This document shows, one piece after another, positions 55,286 through 64,000 of a stretch of DNA of 64,000 nt. Positions within the stretch are counted from its first letter, which is position 1; each line of letters opens with the position of its first letter. Both the position numbers and the translations under genes were made by a program. The stretch is from Eledone cirrhosa. Taxonomy: Eukaryota. The notes beneath the pieces are model-generated. The model saw only the letters and a list, made by a program, of their open reading frames with translations. It did not search any database and had not been told where the DNA came from. The stretch is taken from NCBI GenBank assembly GCA_964016885.1, contig OZ024741.1:33480001-33544000 (forward strand), in the 5' to 3' direction.

Positions 55286-55976
55286 AGAGATGAGAGAGAG
55301 AAGAAAGGAGAAAGAGGAGAGATGAGAGAGAGAAGAAAGGAGAAAGAGATGAGATGAGACAGAGAAGAAAGGAGAAAGAGGAGAGATGAGAGAGAGAAGA
55401 AAGGAGAAAGAGATGAGATTAGAGAGAGAAGAAAAGGGAGAGAAGAGAGAGAAGAAAGGAGAAAGAGGAGAGAGAAGAAAGGAGAAAGAGAAGATATGAG
55501 AGAGAGAAGAAAGGAGAAAGAGGAGAGTGAGAGAAAGAAGAAAGGAGAAAGAGATGAGATGAGAGAGAGAAGAAAGGAGAAAGAAGAGAGAGAAGAAAGG
55601 AGAAAGAGATGAGATGAGAGAGAGAAGAAAGGAGAAAGAGAGAGAGAAGAAAGGAGAAAGAGATGAGATGAGAGAGAAAAGAAAGGAGAAAGAAGAGAGA
55701 TAAGAGAGAGAAGAAATGAGAAAGAGATGAGATGAGAGAGAGAAGAAAGGAGAAAGCGGAGAGATGAGAGAGAGAAGAAAGGAGAAAGAGGAGAGATGAG
55801 AGAGAGAAGAAAAGAGAAAGAGGAGAGATGAGAGAGAAGAAAGGAGAAAGAGATGAGATGAGAAGAAAGGAGAAAGAGGAGATATGAAAGAGAAGAAAGA
55901 GGAGAGAGGAGAAGAAAGGAGAAAGAGGAGAGATGAGAGAGAGAAGAAAGAGGAAAGATGAGAGAGAGAGAAGGAG
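55286..55976 (+). repeat. Purine-rich satellite (AGAGAAGAAAGGAGAAAG variants)
   Basis: Directly visible. Confidence 0.95.
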
Positions 55977-56156
55977 AATTTTTATATATATATATATAAC
56001 ATATATACTACATACATATATATATATACTACATATGTATATATATACATATGTATGTATTATACACACACATATATATAACATATATATACTACACACA
56101 TATACTACATACACACACATATATATAACACATACACACATATATATATATAACAT

Positions 56157-56199
<43 letters not shown>

Positions 56200-56299
56200 A
56201 AGAGATGAGCGGTTAAAAATTAATAATATATATGTATGTACATACAGGAGAGAAAAAAAAAGTGAATACAAATTAATAATATGCATGCGCGTGCACATG

Positions 56300-57420
56300 C
56301 GCACACACACACACAGACGCAAGCACATACACACACACAGAAGCAAGCACACATACACACGCACAGACGCAAGCACACACACACAGACGCAAGCACATAC
56401 ACACACACACAGAGGCAAGCACACATACACACGCACAGACGCAAGCACACACACACACACACAGACGCAAGCAAATACACACACAGACGCAAGCACATAC
56501 ACACTCAGACGCGAGCACACTCACAGACGCAAGCACACACACACACAGACGCAAGCACACACACACACACAGACGCAAGCACATACACACACACAGACGC
56601 AAGCACATATACACACACAGACGCAAGCTCATACACACACAGATGCAAGCACCCACACACACACAGACACAAGCACATACACACACACAGACGCAAGCAC
56701 ATACACATACACAGACGCAAGCACATACACACACGCGTGGAAATTAATACAATACATACATTCTCACACATGCTAACATTATACACAGGAACACAAATAT
56801 ACAACACACAAATGGAAATTTAGGCAATACATGTATAAACACACACATACATCACATACACACATACACACCACACACATACACCACATACACACACTCA
56901 TGCTAACAGAGCGCACGCGCGCATGCATGCTACCAATGCACACACATACACACACAAACACACGCATGCTACCAATGCACACACATACACACACAAACAC
57001 ACGCATGCTACCAATGCACACACATACACACACAAACACAAACATGCTACCAATACACACACATACACGCATGTTAACATTACCGACACATACACACATA
57101 CACGCATGTTAACAATGCCAACACCGACACAAACACATACATACACACACACATACACGCATGTTAACAATGCCAACACATATACACACACACACATACA
57201 CGCATGTTAACAATGTCAACACCGACACACACACATACATACATACACACACACACACATACACGCATGTTAACAATGCCAACACCGACACACACACATA
57301 CACACACACACACACATGCTACCAATGCACACACACACATGTTAACAATGCATACACATACACACATAGGCACACACAGACACACACATACAGACACACA
57401 TGCTACCAACAGACACACAC
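56300..57420 (+). repeat. CA-rich compound minisatellites (CAGACGCAAGCA; CATGCTACCAATG; CATGTTAACAATG cores)
   Basis: Directly visible. Confidence 0.92.
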
Positions 57421-57479
57421 ATATATTAATATAATGCCATTGGCGAGAGGAAAATGAGAGGTTGAATGAGTAACAAATC

Positions 57480-57544
<65 letters not shown>

Positions 57545-57648
57545 GCAGACATATGTACACACGTACCCCCACCCTCATATATATATATATACATACACGC
57601 ACACATACATACATATATATATATATATAGACACACACATATGATCAT

Positions 57649-57735
<87 letters not shown>

Positions 57736-57844
57736 TATTTATATATATATATATATATATTTATTTATATATATATATATATATATTTATTTATATATAT
57801 ATATATCTACCTGTATGTATGAATATATATATATATATATATAC

Positions 57845-58040
57845 GTAGGTCCCGGGTTGAGTCGGGGATAACCACAGTAAGTAAGGTACTCAATACATGG
57901 CAGAGTAAATTTTTTTTATTTTATAGAAGGAGCTTCTACAGGACTAGTACTGTTTCATTCAGATGAAATCTTCAGGAAGCCCTGAAGATTTCATCTGAAT
58001 GAAACAGTACTAGTCCTGTAGTAGCTCCTTCTATAAAATA
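57845..58040. mobile_element. Family B palindromic element with two opposed HHR cores (57941-57982 minus; 57982-58016 plus)
   Basis: GGGCUUC-CUGAAGA-UUUCAUCUGAAU-GAAACAGU-A-CUAGUCC. Confidence 0.75.
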
Positions 58041-58108
58041 TATATATATATATATATATATTCATACATACAGGTAGACATATGCACACACGCACGTCCA
58101 CCCCACCT

Positions 58109-58160
<52 letters not shown>

Positions 58161-58813
58161 GCACATACACATGCGCACACACACACAAACCCACATATAC
58201 ATACACATACATATAAACCCACATATACACATATATACACACAAACCCACATATACACCCCACGCACACATACACACACACAAAACGACAACGACAACAA
58301 CAACAACAACACAATCGACATGAGAAACAAAGACTTCAAATTCCTTCGTTTCGGCTAGATTAAAATACTCCAATATACTGGAGAGAAGAAATCATTGAAG
58401 AAATGAACTAAAAAGAGAATAATCACAACCAGGCCCGACCCCTTCTCCTACGACGACCCCAACCAACCCCAACCTGACCCCAACCAACTCCACCCCGACC
58501 ATGACCCCGACCCCACTCCTCCACCCAAAACAAGGTATATTAACTTAGGAATAAAAGAAAGTAAAGACATGCTAAGAAAGAGATAGAGACTGGATAAGAA
58601 TGGCGATCATCAACAATATAAGAATAACATTTTTATGTTTTATTTACGAAAAGAGGAAAAAATGGTAAAGAAAGAAAATGCTATCAACAATGGAATAGAA
58701 CTAGCAGAGTTTCCAAAAGATCAAAAGATTCGTGTTTTGTTTAGGTTTTTTGATTTTTATACCTTTACTGTATTAAGTAAAAAGAAAATACGTGCGTGTA
58801 TGTATATGTAATG

Positions 58814-58848
<35 letters not shown>

Positions 58849-58863
58849 ATATGTAAGTATATG

Positions 58864-58926
<63 letters not shown>

Positions 58927-58968
58927 TAAACCTAAATCGACTGCTTATGGGCTCCGATCTTTTTAATA

Positions 58969-59037
<69 letters not shown>

Positions 59038-59240
59038 GATATATTTATATATACCGTTACATTAATATATATATACCTAATTTTATTTATCAATGTAAAT
59101 ATATATATGTATAAGCACATATGTATATGTATAAATGTACGTGTGTATATATAATATATATATGTATAAATGTATGTGTGTATTCATATATGTATAAATG
59201 TATGTGCATATATGTATGTATATGTATGTGTGCGTGTATG

Positions 59241-59272
<32 letters not shown>

Positions 59273-59289
59273 TACATGAAAGCTGTTCT

Positions 59290-59880
59290 TCGTTTATTCC
59301 TTTATACATCCGGATGTGACCATACTGGAGCAATGCATGGCGTCTATTTCAGCCCTGGTCTCACTCAGTATTTGATAAATGAGGGTATTTGTTTGTCTGC
59401 CACCATCTTCCTTCTTCCAATTCCGAAGACAAAGCCTATGTAGGCTCGACAAAGATTATTCACAGTAAATGTCAAAATCATTTTTTAAAGTTTTCATGAG
59501 GCTGTTTGCTTGCAAACGAAGTGAATAATATTATTATTTATTTCATTTAAAACTCAGGAATACATTGAAAAATTTGCTTCCTTAGAATTCAGTCTGTTGC
59601 GATACCTTAATATTCATTACAAAAGAACAAATAGGGACTTTTGGAACTTTGCCAATTTGCCCTGTTCGTGGTGAGGAAGGCTTGTATAGTTCTCAATGGC
59701 AAAGTTTGATGCCATTTCCTCCAGGAATTTCTCTTTATAGATGATTACATATCGCTCCATTCTTCGATCCAAATTTATCTCTTCAAAGCATTAAACCTCT
59801 CCTAATAGCTTATTTAGTGAATGAATCAATATTTCTTCAGTGGGTCTTTTGGATCGCCTCCAGTTCATTAGTGAGCTTCA
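59290..59880 (-). mobile_element. Highly decayed CR1/L2-like LINE 3' fragment
   Basis: Manual translation ERYVIIYKEKFLEEMASNFAIENY resembles the CR1-type ORF2 C-terminus; no intact ORF. Confidence 0.45.
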
Positions 59881-60122
59881 TAAGACGAATATAGTTAGGA
59901 CAATAATGTGGGCGGCTTACAGAACAAAAAAAAATTACCTTTTTGTAATTTTCGTAAAAATATTTCAATTCCGGGGTCCCGCATAGTTTCTGGGTTTAGT
60001 ACTGTAACAGATTTCGGCCCTGTGTACTCGGAATGTTGCGTTGGGATGGGGTGCAGTGGTGTGGGAAGGGAAATAGTAATAGAGAAAAATCCCTGCATTG
60101 AAATTCATGATGTTAGGCCAGT

Positions 60123-60170
<48 letters not shown>

Positions 60171-60236
60171 TATATATATATATTAATAAACATTTGTTGT
60201 ACTGCCTCTCTGTTTTGTCCCTGTTCTAATTTTTCC

Positions 60237-60285
<49 letters not shown>

Positions 60286-60481
60286 CGAAGGAAATGTGGT
60301 AAGGAACCAGATGGACCATAACGCACCAAAGTACTCAATATTTAGGGTAGTAGAGTGGGTAATAGGAACAAGTATGACCCCGACGGCAGAGCTCAAGCGC
60401 TTGAGAAAGAGATAGAGACTGGATAAGAATGGCGAGCTCAAGCGCTTGAGCTCTGCCGTCGGGGGTCATGCTTGTTCCTAT

Positions 60482-60562
<81 letters not shown>

Positions 60563-60813
60563 TTTACATATATATATACATATATATACATATACGTGTT
60601 TTGCAACTGGTCACTTTGTAAATTAATAAATTAAATAATCAGAGCTATATATCATAAAGCATGTCTATAGAATCACGAGATAAAATATATACTATTTCCT
60701 CTCCCAATTAGCATAATCAACTATATAAAAAATCGAATAGACCAGGCTATAAGAATGAGGCTTCTATGAAGAAAATAGTATATATTTTATCTCGTGATTC
60801 TATAGACATGTTT

Positions 60814-60848
<35 letters not shown>

Positions 60849-60907
60849 TTCCTTATGATTTCTTTCGAATGAAACTGTTCTAGTCCTGTAGAAACCATTT
60901 GTATATT

Positions 60908-61035
<128 letters not shown>

Positions 61036-61237
61036 AATACATGCATACATATATAGAACTATATATTCTCTCCAAGGTCGAATTTCTGGAAAGCACTTTA
61101 CCATAAAAGGGGCAAACACTACTTCCATAGGAAGCTTAATGAGGAACCCAACCCAAAACAACACCGACTCCACATCTACAAAAGGGACCAGAATCTCTAA
61201 TTTGTCCGACAAGTAGGTCTTCGACAGGGCTGTATAC

Positions 61238-61297
<60 letters not shown>

Positions 61298-61480
61298 TTA
61301 TATATTACATGTCGATACAAGAGCAAGTATGATCAGGTCATTCTACTGACATGGCTTAAAAAGAGGCTGTTTGCATAATTGTAAACGAATCGAATATTGT
61401 TATTTATATTCGAAAAACTCAGTCACATCTATACACACACACACATACACACATACACACATACACACACACACACACAT

Positions 61481-61552
<72 letters not shown>

Positions 61553-61608
61553 TAAGTGAAAAAAACTCTATTTATGGAAGTATAAGCCAGACAGCCAAAA
61601 AAAGAATA

Positions 61609-61691
61609 CTTCCCTGATGAATTCGTGAATTCTTCAAATATTGGTCTTTTCCAATAGTTGCTTCTTCCACGAATGAAACAATTGTAGGAAG
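61609..61691 (+). ncRNA. Canonical type I hammerhead ribozyme with long stem II
   Basis: CUUCC-CUGAUGA-AUUCGUG...CACGAAU-GAA-ACAAUUGU-A-GGAAG; predicted cleavage after 61686; enclosed by inverted repeats 61548-61602 and 61723-61774. Confidence 0.9.
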
Positions 61692-62209
61692 ATCGATATA
61701 TAAGTGAGATGGACTAACATTGTTTTTGGTCTGTCTGATTATACTCCCACAAATAGAGTTTTTTCACTTAAATTCAATATGTAATATTACTTTTCTGGTT
61801 GATATTTTATCTATATACTGTATCTATTCATTGAGACGTATTAGAGACTAATTAATATTTAATTATATATAACTCATTTGTATAAGTAAGCAAAGTAGCC
61901 GGTACATAGTTTTACTACACAATCATAAGGACCCGTGTTCAATTCCACTTCATGGCATCATGGCCAGGTATCTTTGTCATAACCTCAGGTTAACGCCAAA
62001 CATTGTGTACAGTTGGATACATGGCAACTGTCAGCGAATCGCTTCGAATATACCTGTAATTAGCACCTATTGTATCAGCTTTATGGGTGTTGGGTGTTAC
62101 GTTAAGGGTAGAAATACCCGTAGAACACTTAAACATTTACACCTTAATCCGTGAGTTAGACTTTCGGTTGATCCAACACCTGGGTGTTCATAGTCAATAT
62201 CGCTGGAGG

Positions 62210-62548
62210 AACCACCACCACCACCATCATCAACATCAGCACCATCATCATCATTATCATCATCGCCACCCTCATTATCATCCTCATCATTATCATCAGC
62301 AACAACAGCGGCATCATAATTGCCACCACCACCACCACCACCATCATCACCACCACCACCACCATTATCATCATCACCATCATCATCATATTCATCTTCA
62401 TCATTCATCATTATTATCATCAGCAGCAGCAGCATTATCATAATCACCACCACCGTCATCATCATCATCACCACCATCGTCGTCATCGTCGTCATCACTA
62501 CCATTATTCTCGTCATCATCACTCTCATCACTATCTTCAGTATCATCA
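62210..62548 (+). repeat. (CAT/CAC)n trinucleotide tract
   Basis: Directly visible. Confidence 0.93.
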
Positions 62549-62569
62549 GAGTATTATAACTAAATGAAA

Positions 62570-62765
62570 GGGTGATGGATTAGTAGTATCGTCAGCATGT
62601 CTTGTGGTATAGAGCTACACTCCTTTACGTTCAGAGTTCAAATTCCGCTGAGATTAGCTTTACTTTTCATCCTTACGGGGTCGATAAAATAAAGCACCAG
62701 TAATGCACTGGGGTCGATTTAATCGACTTTGCCCTTCCCCTAAATTGTTGACCTTGTGCCATTAT
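62570..62765 (+). mobile_element. tRNA-derived SINE, diverged
   Basis: GAGTTCAAATTCC, TTTCATCCTTACGGGGTCGATAAAATAAAGCACCAG, CCTTGTGCC. Confidence 0.85.
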
Positions 62766-62939
62766 AAGCCAGTAAATAACAGCTTACACAGTGGTTTGAT
62801 TTAGGTGGAATAACTCCTAACATATATTTGTATTAGTTATTTATTTTTTTAATATATATGTATATATGTTTGTATGTATATACGTACGTATGTATATGTT
62901 CTGTATATATATGTATGTATGTATGTATGTATTTATGTA

Positions 62940-63481
62940 TGACGCTAACATCTCTGCTGAAGACGCTAACATCTCTGCTGATACATGGGAAAATGTAGCT
63001 GCTGATCGTAATAAATGGAGAAAGACTGTACATGAGGGGAAAGTTGCCTTTGAGGCATCTCGAATCGCACACGAGAAAGTAAAGCGGGATGTGAGGAAGA
63101 GCATTGCTGTTGCATTTCCAGACGGCGAAGGTCCTCCTATGGCGCTGACATGTAGCATCTGTGCGAGACTCTGCCTCAGCAAATCTGGACTCGTAAGTCA
63201 TCTTCGCAGTCATAAAGTAAGACCAGTGGTTGACTACCAGGCTGCTGTTGGGGATGCTACTCATCATACCTGCCAAGCATGTGGTAGGGAATGTAAATCA
63301 GCAGGAGGGCTCAAACGACATGCAAAAGTACGTGAACTCCAACCACAGCCGGCTACTCCCAGTGAATGTTTTGGTTGCCAGTTCTGTGCAAGACATTTTA
63401 GATCATTGGCTGGGCTAAAAAGCCACATTTGATCGCAGCACCGTTAATTGTTATTGTGTGTGTGTGTGTGTGTGTGTGTGC

Positions 63482-63528
<47 letters not shown>

Positions 63529-63730
63529 CGCGCGCGTGCGTGTGTGTATAGATATCTGTGTGTGTGTGTGTGCGCGTGCGTGTGTGTATAGATATCTGTG
63601 TGTGTGTGTGTGTGTGTGTATAGATATATGTGTGTGTATTTTATTATTATTATAATTATTATTGTTATTGTCGTTATTATGTGTTTTTTTTGTGCAATGG
63701 CCATACTCGATAACGAGGGGACAGCCATCA
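62940..63730 (+). mobile_element. RTE LINE 3' fragment ending in three C2H2-type zinc fingers, within (TATG)n
   Basis: WENVAADRNKWRKTV; CSIC..LVSHLRSH; CQAC..LKRH; CQFC..LKSH; 3' end CAGCCATCA followed by TATG repeats. Confidence 0.8.
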
Positions 63731-64000
63731 TATATGTATGTATGTATGTATATATATGTACTTATATACGTATGTGTACGGACGAACGTATGTATGTATA
63801 TAAGTATTATGTCTGTATGTAGATATGTAGGTACATATGTATCTATGTACCGATATACGTATGTATGTATGTATGTGGGTGTGTATGTATGTATGTATGT
63901 TTGTGGGTGTGTATGTATGTACGTACATACGTAAATATGTATATACGTGCGTGTGTATGTATATGTGCATGTTTGTATGTAGGTGTCTATGTATGTATGT

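Noticed and set aside
55419-56198. 259 aa Leu/Ser/Phe-rich membrane-like ORF
   Set aside because: Antisense translation of a purine satellite plus microsatellites.

Overview
Repeat-saturated, AT-rich animal DNA. The SINE family and dense TA/CA/GA microsatellites suggest an octopus-type cephalopod (inference). No host protein-coding exon can be supported, and most listed ORFs are microsatellite artefacts. Real coding sequence comes from retroelements: RTE fragments (1-1338, 22213-22500, 62940-63730), two Penelope-like elements (PLEs; 29399-33168, 33222-34737), a near full-length but disrupted L1/Tx1-type LINE (41201-47043, minus), two tandem R4/Dong RT+RLE copies (47097-53268) and a probable CR1/L2 relic. 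There are also about 12 copies of a tRNA-derived SINE, two non-autonomous Helitrons and small MITEs. Main unexplained signal: about 20 type I hammerhead ribozyme (HHR) motifs read by eye, including a U3-A8 compensatory variant, mostly in short, often palindromic PLE-terminus elements embedded in (TA)n. Second signal: the SINE and the Tx1-type LINE share the 3' end CCTTGTG-N8-AGAAA-N2-(ATT)n, and (TAA)n tracts inside a SINE array act as a landing pad for a 12 kb LINE nest. All RNA folds were assigned by eye, not computed.
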